Shown here: positions 41,474-55,304 of the stretch, piece after piece
How the letters are laid out: each line of letters begins with the position of its first letter
Numbering within the stretch: the first letter of the stretch is position 1
Source of the DNA: Eledone cirrhosa
Taxonomy: Eukaryota
DNA: 64,000 bases
Direction: 5' to 3'
Assembly: GCA_964016885.1 (NCBI GenBank)
Contig: OZ024745.1
Location: 82,336,001 to 82,400,000, forward strand
The notes under the pieces: generated by a model
What the model saw: the letters and a program-made list of their open reading frames with translations, nothing else
Databases searched by the model: none
Told to the model about the DNA's origin: nothing
Translations under genes and position numbers: made by a program

Positions 41474-42387
41474 AAACGCAGAACTGGATATTTCAAAAAA
41501 CGTTGCAACCGGAGGAAGACAGGAAGACGATACTTTGGTTCGTGGAAACGTTCGCTGGCAAAGAACGGGAAAAAACAAATAATACGTCATTAATAGGAGC
41601 GGTGAAAAACAATTACGCGCAAAGACAGAACCCCGTTTATGGTATAAAAGAGGTCGTAGACTAATGTTCTCTTAGGTGGTGCATAGAGACGTTCTCTGGC
41701 AATGAACGAAAAAACGAAGATAATAAGTCATATGTGGAGCGTGGAGAACAATAGCACGCAAAGACAAAACCACGTAAATGGTATAGCAGAAGTCGTAGAC
41801 TAAAATTCTAACTAGGAGACGAAATGAATCTCCGTTACAGAGTAAAGAACAAAGTAAATAAATACAATACAGAAGTAATAGAAATAAATAAATAAATACA
41901 AGCAAACAAATACGTACATACACAAGCATACGCAAAACCTTACCATAGGTATAGAAAACCACGCACATATAAATATGTGTGTGTGTGTATGCTTGTGTAC
42001 AAATAAATAAATAATTATATAAACGTATATAAGTAAATAAATACGTATATAACAAGCGCCTACACATACCTACATATAAATACACGAATGTTCGGAGACG
42101 TAAGTCAATTAAAACAAGACGTACACATATACACACACCCACTATACGTACGAACCTGCATACTCACGCAGACCCAAAACTCCCGTATACATATAGCCAA
42201 ACCCTAAATACCAGAATATATAAAAAAATTATACGCCATAACAATCAAATATACGTACGAGAAGGTATACATACCTTCACAAAACATACGGGTAATATAT
42301 ACTTACCTATGCAAATAAGTAAAGGAATAAACAAAACATATACTTAGCTCCCACATCAAGACGTAAAATATCCACGTATAGATCGTA

Positions 42388-44452
42388 CTATCCGTTAGGG
42401 TATACCGAAAATGCCTCACATTTTTTGTTTAAGATGTGGTCTGTGGCGTAGAGTATTTCCAGGGCCTCAGCGGCGCAGAGGTCACAAGGTCTTTTATTTC
42501 CGTTATACGATCTAGCCCTAGCTAGGATCTCCCAGTGTAACTTATATTGGGTGTGGTTGTCTTTTAGACTCCAGATATAAGCTGAAAGTGACGTCATATT
42601 CCTTCTTAGAGGGTAACGAAAAGAATGCGTATGCATGTAAAGACGCTGCTTGAAACTATTGGCGGTTAACCCTATGTAGGCCCTACGGGACGTGGGTGTT
42701 ACAACCTTACATTTGTAGACAATGTTACTAGAGAGGCATTTCCCGGATAGGGGCAATCAGCCCGATTCCTACAATTACAGTTAGTACTAACTACAGGGTT
42801 GCACGTGTTCCTACGGCTAGGTAGTTTAGCTAAATTTGAAGCTGTGATGTTATGTGCAAGGTTAGGAGTCGTCGAGTAAGAAATTCTAATAGTATTTCTA
42901 TTAAAAACTTTACTATATTTATGTGTAGGGGGAAAATGCTTCGTAATAAGGGAAAGAAAGATCTTAGCTAATGGTGTGGCCACCTCCATATTATATGGTC
43001 GCTTAAACCAACAAATACGACGGGATCTATTTCTTCTAGGTCTATAATCGTACTCTGTATATGCTACCTTATCGACAAATCCACTTCGAGCAAGAGCTTC
43101 ATTGTAATAAGTGGAATGGTCGTTGAAAATGCGCTCGTTGGTGGAAAGACGGGAAAGCCTCAACGAAACGTTTCTTACCAGGTTCTTGGTTATGCTGGCA
43201 GGATGGTTGGAATGCTTACTTATGTAATTAAGCGTACCATTCGGCTTTCTATACGGGTAATACAACCCATTCAATAAATTGAGGGTAACGTCGAGAGATT
43301 GGCCTCAACCTGTATAGAGAGGTTGAAGCCTTTAAAGAAGGCTGTGAGTTCTTTTCTGAACCTATCGCAAGCACGAGGTCCGCACTTAGTCATGGTCAAA
43401 ACACCATCGTCACGGTACAAACCACCGCCCGCGTTGGGGAATTCGTCCTTGATAGAGAAAAGAAGGAAAAGGCCAATAAGATCAGTAACCTCCGCAGAGT
43501 TACTGGCGCCCATACTCACGTCGAATGGGCTACTATTGGATTTTTTAATCCAAATAGAGTCGTCGAAATTAATCACCGACTTTCGGGCATTAAGGATGAC
43601 ATCAACTTCGAAATCCTTAACCACTGTGAGTGTTTTAGCGAAATTGATAGCTCTAAGGAGAAGTGGTAAAGTGATGGAGGAGTAGTAATTGTTGATGTCG
43701 AATTGGATAAAACGGCAATGTTCCTTGTTACATATGCCGTTGAACCAATCAATCACCGCGAAATAATTGTTCCACAGTGCGAGAGGGGCCAAACTTCTAA
43801 TTTCAGGTATAATTCTATCAAGAATCGTTTTACTAAGTCTACCTAAATCGGACTTCGTAGGGTTAATAAGCCGAATAGAGGGGTTGTTCGGAAAATTGGA
43901 TTTGTGATCCTTCAGGGTAAAGTGGGGAGAAATAGGGTCCAGAGGTTCGGTCCGGTCCAGGATGTTGAGATCAGATGTGATTTTAAACCCAGCATCGTTG
44001 ATTTCATTGATGACGCACCGATTAGTTTTACGGTAATCCTTAGTTACAGCATTATGCAGTAGTTGATGGTAAGTACTGCGCTCCACTTGATATAGGTTGC
44101 CAGTTTTGTCGGAATGGACGTGCACGGCGTTAGAATCCTTAATAGAACGAATTCTATTCTTCAGGTCTTGCTGGAAGGAATTGCTCCTATTCCGAAATTT
44201 GATACTCCGAATGAGTTCCAAGACATCATTTTCGAAGGGTAGCTATGCTGGGTTCCACGGGGGGTTATTATAGGTTTTAAATCCAAATTTATCCTGTTTG
44301 TTGTCTGCTTTTCGCGGATTATCGAAATAAAAGGCACGCCAACGCAACCTTTTAATGAACGCGTCTGCTTTCTGTATCAGGAGTTTTAGGTATGTTTTCC
44401 TGCTTGGTACGGGTATGTTCTTTGTAGAAATATTCAGATGTTGTTTCTGCAT
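42388..44452 (-). pseudogene. Penelope-like RT + GIY-YIG ORF with a stop and frameshifts
   Basis: STKNIP..FIKRLRWRA, SDKTGN, TLKDHK, QFDI, DVSMGA, LYRDD, YRKPN, CNCR, IVYKCKV...YIGLT..FKQR, CDLC. Confidence 0.9.
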
Positions 44453-45861
44453 GATGAATATAAGACAGTAGAGTGCTCAACCGAGGGAGCCAAATAGTAA
44501 TAATAATAAAATTGAAGACTAAAATCCAAAGGGAAATGCCTCTCTAGTAACATTGTCTACAAATGTAAGGTTGTAACACCTATGTAGATTAACCCTATGT
44601 AGGGCCTACATAGGGTTAATCGCCAATAGTTTCAAGCAGCGTCTTTACATGCATACCCATTATTTTCGTTACCCTCTAAGAAGGAATATGACGTCACTTT
44701 CAGCTTATATCTGGAGTCTAAAAGACAACCACACCCAATATAAGTTACAATTGGGAGATCCTAGCTAGGGCTAGATCGTATAACGGAAATAAAAGACCTT
44801 GTGACCTCTGCGCCGCTGAGGCCCTGGAAATACTCTACGCCACAGACCACATCTTAAACAAAAAATGTGAGGCAATTTCGGCTTGTAAACATAAATTGCA
44901 CAAAACTTTCCTGTATTACAGCCCCACGTTATACCCTAACGGATAGTACGATCTATACGTGGATATTTTACGTCTTGATGTGGGAGCTAAGTATATGTTT
45001 TGTTTATTCCTTTACTTATTTGCATAGGTAAGTATATATTACCCGTATGTTTTGTGAAGGTATGTATACCTTCTCGTACGTATATTTGATTGTTATGGCG
45101 TATAATTTTTTTTATATATTCTGGTATTTGGGGTTTGGCTATATGTATACGGGAGTTTTGGGTCTGCGTGAGTATGCAGGTTCGTACGTATGGTGGGTGT
45201 GTGTATATGTGTACGTCTTGTTTTAATTGACTTACGTCTCCGAACATTCGTGTATTTATATGTAGGTATGTGTGGGCGCTTGTTATATACGTATTTATTT
45301 ACTTATATACGTTTATATAATTATTTATTTATTTGTACACAAGCATACACACACACACATATTTATATGTGCGTGGTTTTGTATACCTATGGTAAGGTTT
45401 TGCGTATGCTTGTGTATGTACGTATTTGTTTGCGTGTATTTATTTATTTATTTCTATTACTTCTGTATTGTATATATTTACTTTGTTCTTTACTCTGTAA
45501 CGGAGATTCATTTGGTCTCCTAGTTAGAATTTTAGTCTACGACTTCTGCTATACCATTTACGTGGTTTTGTCTTTGCGTGCTATTGTTCTCCACGCTCCA
45601 CATATGACTTATTATCTTCGTTTTTTCGTTCATTGCCAGAGAACGTCTCTATGCACCACCTAAGAGAACATTAGTCTACGACCTCTTTTATACCATAAAC
45701 GGGGTTCTGTCTTTGCGCGTAATTGTTTTTCACCGCTCCTATTAATGACGTATTATTCGTTTTTTCCCGTTCTTTGCCAGCGAACGTTTCCACGAACCAA
45801 AGTATCGTCTTCCTGTCTTCCTCCGGTTGCAACGTTTTCTGAAATATCCAGTTCTGCGTTT

Positions 45862-45937
45862 ACAGATTGACTTTGTTAGTTTCAGAAGATCCCGTTAAGG
45901 GTGAAAGCAGCGATTCTTTGCTTAAACTTTAATCTGT
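45862..45937 (+). ncRNA. Type I hammerhead motif with bulged stem I and U4A core
   Basis: acagattga(ctttgtt)agttt-CAGAAGA-tccc(gttaa)gggt-GAAA-gcag(cgattct)ttgc-TT-aaact-ttaatctgt. All three stems pair. Confidence 0.7.
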
Positions 45938-45984
<47 letters not shown>

Positions 45985-46007
<23 letters not shown>

Positions 46008-48313
46008 TATTGAAGCTTGCTTGAAGCATTGTGGAACAATAAGTAAATATCTTTAAGTCGTTTGGAAGCCTCGACAATGCAAATGGGTAAATCTCCGGGT
46101 AACAAAGTCCGGTGGTGGAGAGAGAGATGTAAGTGGGTGTACGTTGAGATGCGTGGTGTGTATAAGATGTGTGAGATGTGTAGAATGAAGGGAAGAGTAT
46201 AAAGGATAAAAATAAAAATAACAACACAAGAGAGAGTTACCTTGGGAGAGATTTAATAGTCCCTATATATTTCGGATTCACATCCATCAACTGGGGTTTT
46301 TTCCGGGGTGGGGGAAAAGGTTGTCTGTCGGACAAGTCCGGAACGCGTCTTTCGCTGTTTGTTGTTTTGAATATCTGAGGTATTCGGCAGAGCGCGCGTG
46401 CGCGTGAAATGGGTCGGTCGTACAGAGGTCAGCGGCCGAATGAGGGAGTGGGATGGCGCTAGCTGTCAGTCCATTCTCTGCCTGTTTGTTAAATGTTACT
46501 GTGTGTGTGTGTGCGTGTGTTGTTGTCTCGCTTGAGTGTGTGTGTGTGTGTTGTTGCCTTGTTCATCTGTATTGGCAGTGTAGTATGTTCGTATGGTGGA
46601 AAGCTACTGCGTGCGTGTGCGTGTGTGTGTGTGTAGTTGTCTCGTTTGCGTGTGTGTGTGCGTGTGTTGTGTGTTGTTGCATCGCTTGTTAACTTAAACC
46701 AGCTATTTCATTTCGCTTCTCTCTGATCGGTTGTTTATTTGCGGTTGCAGTCGTTTGATAAAAAGCGCTTCCTTGATACGTAACGTGCCGACGTTTCTTT
46801 CAGTCGCTAGAATTGTGACAATGGGCCTTCCGTCTTTGTTTCCGCATTTGTCTATATGTTTCCGGAAAGACGAGGCCCTGGTTTTAGTGTGTTCCTTGAT
46901 CCGGATGTGCAAAGGTCGAATTGTGCTACCTATGTAGTATTGGTTACACGACGTATGTGCGTAGGCAACAGTTAGCATGGCGTATCGGGCAGTCTCTGAG
47001 GGAGCATGCGTCAGTAGATTTTTCGGGTTTCCTGGAGGGGCATCTTCGCAGGGAGGGGCCCGAGTGATGTTGATACACGGAACAAGGAGGGATCCACTTT
47101 AACTTCTACAGAAAGGCAGCCTGCAGGGACCTATTCGTTCACTACAAGTCCGCCCTCCCTAACAGTGCCAAAAGAGGATACATCACGAACGAGATCGCGC
47201 GAATCAAAAACAGATGCAACGATCCCGCGAGTGGTGTCACTCATACCAAGCGATTCCTCGAGGTGCTGGAGACGAACGGGTACCCTACCTCGATCACAGA
47301 CAGAATAGGAGACACCAGACGCAAGAGACAGAGAAGCACCCAAGGCAAGTGCTTCCTTAAAATGCCACACCTGGGCGAGAAAACCACCAACGCTATCCGC
47401 AAGGCTATACGGAGGGAGGGCCTCGACATCCACCTGGCCCACTCGGGCCCCTCCCTGCGAAGATGCCTCTCCAGGAAACCCGAAAAATCTACTGACGCAT
47501 GCTCCCTCAGAGACTGCCCGATACGCCATGCTAACTGTTGCCTATGCACATACGTCGTGTAACCAATACTACATAGGTAGCACAATTCGACCTTTGCACA
47601 TTCGGATCAAGGAACACACTAAAACCAGGGCCTCGTCTTTCCGGAAACACATAGACAAATGCGGAAACAAAGACGGAAGGCCCATTGTCACAATTCTAGC
47701 GACTGAAAGAAACGTCGGCACGTTACGTATCAAGGAAGCGCTTTTTATCAAACGACTGCAACCGCAAATAAACAACCGACCAGAGAGAAGCGAAATGAAA
47801 TGGCTGGTTTAAGTTAACAAGCGATGCAACAACACACAACACACGCACACACACACGCACACGAGACAACTACACACGCGCACACACACAGTAGCTTTCC
47901 ACCATACGAACATACTACACTGCCAATACAGATGAACAAGGCAACAGCAGACACACACACACACACTCAAGCGAGACAACAACACACGCACACACACACA
48001 CAGTAACATTTAACAAACAGGCAGAGAATGGACTGACAGCTAGCGCCATCCCACTCCCTCATTCGGCCGCTGACCTCTGTACGACCGACCCATTTCACGC
48101 GCACGCGCGCTCTGCCGAATACCTCAGATATTCAAAACAACAAACAGCGAAAGACGCGTTCCGGACTTGTCCGACAGACAGCCTTTTCCCCCACCCCGGA
48201 AAAAACCCCAGTTGATGGATGTGAATCCGAAATATATAGGGACTATTAAATCTCTCCCAAGGTAACTCTCTCTTGTGTTGTTATTTTTATTTTTATCCTG
48301 TATACTCTTCCCT
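45985..48313. mobile_element. Truncated Penelope/Poseidon-like element with head-to-head inverted arms (~46189-47066 / 47440-48313)
   Basis: GIY-YIG half CNQYYIGSTIRPLHIRIKEH...LRIKEALFIKRLQPQIN on both strands, and thumb-region L..NGYP at 47263+. Confidence 0.85.
48206..48241 (+). ncRNA. Hammerhead-like minimal motif with variant core (inverted copy at 46261-46296)
   Basis: ccc-CAGTTGA-tgga(tgtgaa)tcc-GAAA-tata-TA-ggg. There are two deviations from CUGANGA, but the position near the pLTR end is as expected. Confidence 0.45.
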
Positions 48314-49432
48314 GCTTGCTCTAGCAAACATCACGAGCGCTCTATCTCAAAATTATTTTTGAAAAGCATTAGAAATGCGCAACCGGTAAAAACTTAAAAC
48401 TAAAATTGAATACTAACCAATACTTATTACTAATTTATACTTATTCCGAATTAAACTATTTTTCACTGGCAAAAATTTGTCAGCATTTTCTTTTCCTTTT
48501 ACTAATATATCACAACTCGTGTGTTACACCTCTATTTTTTTAAATATTTATATATATATATATACATATACTGAATTGAAATAACTGAGACTGCGTAAAT
48601 CTCATTATGAATTTACAAAGTTTTTGCACAAAGGTATGTAAACATGCAAAATATGTTTTGCCCTGTGAACTGAAAAACTAATGAATACAATTAACCAGTT
48701 TCAAGCCTAATTTGGGTTTTATAGGAAGACATATATATCATCTAAACAATGTATGACAGGAAATATATAATCGAGGAATTGATATACCCTATCTCATATA
48801 GTTGTATCCTGAATGGACATACTGATTAGCATATTATTTGCGCCCATGTTGATAGTTAATATATGTATATATTATTTTGTGCGCTTAACACCCGAAGAAT
48901 ATGATAAAATCCTATGTATTGACACTTTCTATGTAGAAAAAAAAAATTTTTCTTATTACATTTATCAGTATTCTTCTATTTGCTTCTCCAGTTCAGGTGT
49001 TATTTTGTAGTAAATGTCGGTCTGAGTCAGGCCACATCTATTTTGTGTGCGAGGCAGATAAATTTTGTTTATGTTTACTTCGATATTTGTTAGTAGTTTT
49101 GCTTTGTAAAATGTTAAACGTACTTAGTTTCCAGTTTATAAGGCTATAATTTATACCTGCTGTTTTCAGAATATGTTTACTTACTTTCTTTAGCTTTTTT
49201 TTCAGTGTTTAATATTAATCTAACACTTTATTTATGAGGATTGACCCAAATATCAATGAGTTTAGAATGCTATCGAAAGCCTTCTGGTATCAAAACTCAG
49301 GTTATGCTAAGATTCGATTTCTTCTTTTGATTTACCAGCATCGGGACTTTACAACCTTTTTGGCACCACTTTTTTTCTTCTGGTAACATATTGTTGACAT
49401 CAAGATGTGTAATTAACCGCATGTGTTATTAA

Positions 49433-49492
<60 letters not shown>

Positions 49493-49575
49493 AAAAAATA
49501 TTAGCTTTAACAATAAAAAATCTGAATTAGAAATGTAGGTTATAAATATTTTCTTCATTTCGTAAAGTAAATGAC

Positions 49576-49884
49576 CTAATTCCGAAATATCTTTTGAAGA
49601 ATTAGTAGGAAGTCTACTTGCCGATGATTCCGTGAGAGATGATGGCTCTATTTTATTTCTAGGTAAAGAGATACACAGCCTTTCTCTTTTTGGTAAACTT
49701 ATCTTCGAAGTTTCAGCGTTGAGGACATCTTCGACATCTGTAAATGACGATCTTCGAGGAATTTGTCTGTCAGGGTTTATGATATATTTTTTAAAATCAA
49801 TACGATGTGGAATCATGTCAGCAGGATTCGAAATTGATAATGTGTCGTTGGTTTGTTGATAATCTTCATATTCTAATGGCACCG
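49576..49884 (-). CDS. Putative upstream exon of the same host gene
   Basis: Open frame with Ser-rich composition similar to the other exons, acceptor tttgtatttatttgcAG and a weak donor AG|GTCATT. Its phase does not join directly to 39077, so an intervening exon or a different donor is needed. Confidence 0.5.
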
Positions 49885-49937
49885 CTGCAAATAAATACAA
49901 AAACCAACAATAAATACAAATAAAATAACACCAATAT

Positions 49938-50134
49938 TATTGGTTTCTGATTTAAGCACAAGACCAACAATTTCGACCCTAGTGCGTATTTGGTACTTTA
50001 TTTTATCGACTCCGTAAGGATGAAAGGCAAAGCTAACCTCGGCGGGAGTTGAGCTCAGAACGTAAAGGGCCGTAACTCTAAGCTACGCAGCATGTTGTCC
50101 AACGCTCTACCGATACTGCCAATCCACCGCCCTA
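49938..50134 (-). mobile_element. SINE family 1
   Basis: Reverse complement of the family core and head. Confidence 0.8.
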
Positions 50135-51651
50135 ATGATAATAAAATAATACTCTTGCAACTACAAGATTGTTTTGAATGCACTTGTCTAGATCGCTAGG
50201 TTGGCATTTTCAAAAATGTTTGTATGGTCCCGAAACTTCCGGTGGAGTCGTAGGGACACTGTAATGACATACGCATTTCTTGGGCACTTTTAAACCTAGC
50301 GGAGACCATCTCCTCTCCAGGTTTTAATACATCAGATTTCTCCCAGAGAAGGATAGAAAGTGACAGAGAGGAAGTGAGAAAGAGATATAGAAGAATAATT
50401 GACCTCAGTTCTAGACTGGTACTTATTTTATCGATCTCGAAAGGAATTTTCAGAAATAGTCGAGCATAATAACTGTTACCCTTTTTATTTTTATTGAGAG
50501 TCAACAATGTGAGGAAGGCGAGGTAGCCCCTCAATAAAAAGCTAAGTGGAGATGCACCGAGATATAAGCTGTTATTGATAAACGAATTCAAGTAAATGTG
50601 ATATTTAATAGTTTGTAGTCTCAGCTACGTAAAATCATTTTCACTAAAGATTATAGAGATCCTTGTTGAGACGTGCCTTTGAAGTTTTTAATGTAGAAAA
50701 AGGTAACTTAATAAAAATGTAAAAAAGTTCTTAAATTTGAATATATATTTAGAGATAATTTAAAATGAGTTTGTATTGCTTTTAGAGATAAATATACATT
50801 TGAACTTTTATGTAGCCATTGTATTTTATTTTATTTATTTATTTATCTAACGTGTGGTTGGTTAGTTTAGCATGCTCTTGTATAATTTTAAAAGGAATTT
50901 TTCATTTTAAAATGATATTAATTGAATTAACTGTGCATGAAATGTTTTAGAGTTAATAAAGCTGATAGCTATTTACTACAGTTCCAAAGCCGAACGTTGC
51001 AAATTAGAAGGTTAGATCGGTATGAGATAATTCGGAGGCCAGTTTTCATTTCTTTTTCGTATCAAATTTGTTTCACCATATCTTTGATGTTGATAATAAT
51101 AATAAAAAAAACAATAAACACTATCAAAACTTTCCTTTTTCCTCACCGGGATACTAGTTCTGAGTTCACATTTAGTCCGCCACGGGAAAGAAGTTCAGAT
51201 TATTTTTCTGAAACACTATGGAAACAGTTATGGATTTTCGAATGCAATAGAAAAACCAACAATTAAATTAAATTAATCTTTTTGAATAATAATATAGTGT
51301 TAGATACGGGTTACGTATTTCTTATTTCTTTCGAATAAAAAAAAGGTTACTTATATTTTTAATTAGATATTCAGAATATATTTTTTAATTAGATATTCAG
51401 AACAACAAAATAGCTGCCACAGATTTGAACCAAGTCACCTGTTTTATTTCCATATAACATACAGTGATATAAGAAAATCTTATTGCACGGCTTATAAAAA
51501 TCATGGCGTAAAAGATTTGTAATGAATAGAAAAGGGAATCCCAAGCACAATGTTTGATAAGACAAACGTTAAAGTCAAAAGTAAAATTCAAAAGTAAAGT
51601 CAAAAGCAAAAATGGAAAATAAATATGTTCGTTCATGTACACACACATGTA

Positions 51652-51683
<32 letters not shown>

Positions 51684-51685
<2 letters not shown>

Positions 51686-53554
51686 ACGGAACCCCTAGAC
51701 CCACGGACTCCCTACTTCACACTGAAGGACCACAAATCCGATTTCGACCGTAAACCATCTATCAGGCTTATAAAACCAACGAAGTCCGACATAGGAAGAA
51801 TCAGTAAAAAAAATCCTAGACGGCGTTATACCAAAAGTTAAGCAAAACGCCAGACTTAGCCTACGGATCAACACACAGGAAGTAATCTCATGGTTCAGCA
51901 ATATGGAGGACAAACGACACACAAAATTCATCCAGTTTGACATAGAGAGTTACTATGCTTCAATTAGCTTACCGCTCCTTACGGCCGCCTTGGACTTTGC
52001 CGAGACGCTTGCGCCCATCACGGACCAGGAAAGAAATATCATCCTCCACGCCAGAAAGACAGTCCTACTTTTAGACAACTCCAAATGGATAAAGAGAGCT
52101 CTCGACTCCCCCTTCGACGTCAGCAGCTTCTTCCGCGACTGGGGATTTAAAATAACCCTAAAAACGTCCATAACCCGAGTAAACTTCCTGGACGTTACCC
52201 TTGACCTCGATAACGATCTGTACTTGTCATACAGGAAACCAAACGAAAACCTGTACTACATCCACTGCCGGTCAAACCATCCTAGAAACATCACTAATAA
52301 CCTGGTTAAAAACATCTCCCTCCGCATATCTTGTTTGTCCGCAAATAAGCAGATATTCTAGGAGAATGCGCCTTATTACAACCAGGCCCTCAAGCAGAGT
52401 GGCTTCCGGGAGGAAATATCCTACTGTCCAGCTTCCATTAGCGGAACCAGCAGGCGACACCGCCGCTCACAAAACGTAACATGGTTCAATCCTCCCCACA
52501 ACGCTGAGGTGACAACACTTATCGGGAAAATCTTCTTTAGGCTCATCGAAAAACACTTCCCACTACAACACCGCTACCACAACATAATCAACAGAAATAC
52601 CATCAAACTCTCCTACAACACCACACCTAACTTTGCACAAAACATCGTCTCCTCTAACAACAAAAAACTCAACCCCTATGGAAGAAATAACCTAGATAGC
52701 AGTGGAGAGCCGACCAGGAGGTGTAACTGTCCTGATGGATCCATTTACCCCTCGCCAACAGATGCAGAGATCGTAATGTGATCTACCAGTGCAACGTGAG
52801 GACGGACACCTCCAACAACGCTTATATAGGATTAACCGCTTGTGACTTCAAGACCCGGCTATACCAACACCGACATACTTTCCGAAACCCGCCCCGGCGT
52901 CACGCCACTACACTTTCGGGCCACATCTGGGACCTCAAAGATAACAATATAACCTATAATCTCACTTGGAGCTTACTGTCCAGAACCAACTCTCACACGG
53001 GAGGACGCCGTCCGTGTAACTTATGCTCGGAGGAAACATTACAAATGTTGTTTTCGACGGACCAACTCCTAAACAAGAAAGACGAACTGGTAACTGCATG
53101 CAAACACAGATTGCGTAGGACTTACCTCGCCCTCAAACCCCATAATGACCGGGGGGAGGGTAGACAAGGGCTGTAACATCCTCCTTGCCGACTTTGTAAT
53201 GGGTAACCCCTGCTTACAAAGGTAGACGTAAGATTTTCCTATATATTTTTTATCGTTTCCTCTATATTTCCTTCTTCCCCCCACCCCTACCCAGTCCTTC
53301 CACCCCAGATCTCCTTCTTTGTCGTCGTTCTTTTCACCTTCTCGCCCACCCTGAGGCAGCCCTTCGGTCTTCTGTAGCCTCAGTACCCCCACCCCACCCC
53401 CTATTCTATGATAGAATTGGGCGACTCCGCTTTTTATAGCAGATGTGCTAGACCCCAGATACTTGCTTTCTTATCTGATTGCTGCCCCATTTCCGTGATA
53501 TCTAGATTTCTAAGTGGTATCTCTGCTTTAGTTTCTCGTATATCAGTATTTTGT

Positions 53555-53585
<31 letters not shown>

Positions 53586-54457
53586 GATTCTGAATTAATT
53601 TTTCGTATTAAGTTTTTCGTATTAGTTTTTCATATATATCGTACGAGCATTTATGCAGTTTGTATTAGAATTTATGTATTCTAGCGGTACTCTTATATAT
53701 CGTACTAGTATTCATTTTCGGGATTCTGAATTAATATTTCGTATTAGTTTCGGGACTCTGAATTATTATTTCGTATTAGTTTTTTTTAGTATTTTGGCCC
53801 CTACTTGTTGACCTGTCATTGTAAGATAGATTTGGCCGATTACTACTATCTCATAAAATTCTTTCACTACAATCTCGTATTTAGTATTCCGTCCCACCTA
53901 TTAAACTTTTCTATAGTTTAGCAGTACCAGTTAGAAATTTGATGATTGTGGTAGGGGAATAGTAACCAGAAATTGTATTTTTTTATATTTTTAACATTCT
54001 TATATTTTTCTATATATTTACTACATATAGATTTACTTATTGTTTCGACTTCCTCACCCCTCTCTAGTATACTTCTCTTGACCTCTTATCCTTAGGATTC
54101 TGATGTAGTTGTCACTTTCAACGCACGACTGGGTTTCCTCCACTCCCTCTCCCTCTTTCTTCTACTGGCAAGTTCAGCTACCCTTTCCTTCCACAAAATG
54201 CTATGATAGAATTATGTGTCTCAACAACAAACTTTTGACCAATCCTTGTGACAATCACTTTTACCATATATGGAATCACCCCCTGAGAAGCTCGGCTATT
54301 CATTTATAAACATTTTTGATTTAGTCCAGAATTAGCCGTCGAAACGGCTTGAGCTCAGCCGTCGGGGTCCTACTCGTTCCTATTACCCACTCTACTACCC
54401 TAAGTATTGAGTACTTTGGTGCGTTATGGTACATCTGGTTTCTTACCACTTTTCCTT

Positions 54458-54460
<3 letters not shown>
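51684..54460 (+). mobile_element. 5'-truncated, internally deleted Penelope-like element related to the 41298-45945 family
   Basis: EPLDP..FTLKDHK, IQFDIESYY, FLDVTLD, YRKPN, IYQCNV...YIGLTACDFKTR, CNLC. The YRDD region is deleted. Long 3' UTR, with (TA)n on both sides. Confidence 0.85.
54272..54380 (+). ncRNA. Type I hammerhead-like motif with damaged or variant core
   Basis: ggaatcacccc-CTGAGAA-gct-cggctattc...gaattagccg-tc-GAAA-cggct(tgagctc)agccg-TC-ggggt..gttcc. The stems pair well, but the core lacks the canonical NGA. Confidence 0.55.
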
Positions 54461-54491
<31 letters not shown>

Positions 54492-54504
<13 letters not shown>

Positions 54505-54791
54505 TGTATATATAATGTATTTTGCAATACACTTTATGCTTAATTAAAAGCATTTTGAAGACCGTATGCTATTGTTTTAGAGTAGTGACAAACTCACTTA
54601 CTTTAATCTCAGCAAACAAGGGGAGATAAAGGCTTTATCTCCCCTTGTTTGCTGAGATTAAAGTAAGTGAGTTTGTCACTACTCTAAAACAATAGCATAC
54701 GGTCTTCAAAATGCTTTTAATTAAGCATAAAGTGTATTGCAAAATACATTATATATACATTCATATATATATTGCTATTTCAGAGCTCCAA

Positions 54792-54841
<50 letters not shown>

Positions 54842-54890
54842 TTGGAGCTCTGAAATAGCAATATATATATGAATGTATATATAATGTATA
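54492..54890. mobile_element. Palindromic copy of retrozyme-like family B
   Basis: ~140-bp perfect inverted arms meet at 54632, with a second inversion across (TA)n at 54800-54835. Homologous to 39547-39716. Confidence 0.8.
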
Positions 54891-54921
<31 letters not shown>

Positions 54922-55257
54922 GTGTATATATATACCTTAAATAATGATATATTGTGATACCTTAAATTAGTATATAACTGTTCCAAATTCTGAATTTGTC
55001 GAGCTGTTCACATTGTCACTAGTACTTCGTACCTCTTTCTAGCGGATATGACGTCTAGTTCTGTTTATATCTGCCGCCACAGTTAAAACATTCTTACACA
55101 ATGCTGTCTATAGTGTTGACCTAACTCTTGGATGCCGACAGATATAAATAAGCATTTTGTACTCTATACTCTATTAAAACTTTACTTATTTGAAATACCC
55201 CCGACGAGTTGTACGTGTTTTCGTCTTGAAACCATTTATATGCGGAATTAAGTCAAA

Positions 55258-55304
<47 letters not shown>

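Larger units (their letters stand above)
41298..45945 (-). mobile_element. Full-length Penelope-like element with an inverted ~1.4-kb pLTR
   Basis: ORF on the minus strand at 44452-42388. 44531-45945 is an inverted copy of ~41390-42743. attgaagactaaaatccaaag occurs at 41311 and 44511. (TA)n on both flanks. Confidence 0.9.

Noticed and set aside
41672-45663. Twin ~157-aa hydrophobic ORFs (41672-42142 minus, 45190-45663 plus)
   Set aside because: They are the two inverted copies of a T/G-rich Penelope 3' UTR. The identity reflects duplication, not coding constraint.
55196-55250. CCGACGA...GAAAcc motif in a TA-bounded segment
   Set aside because: No NUH triplet or stem I partner was found.
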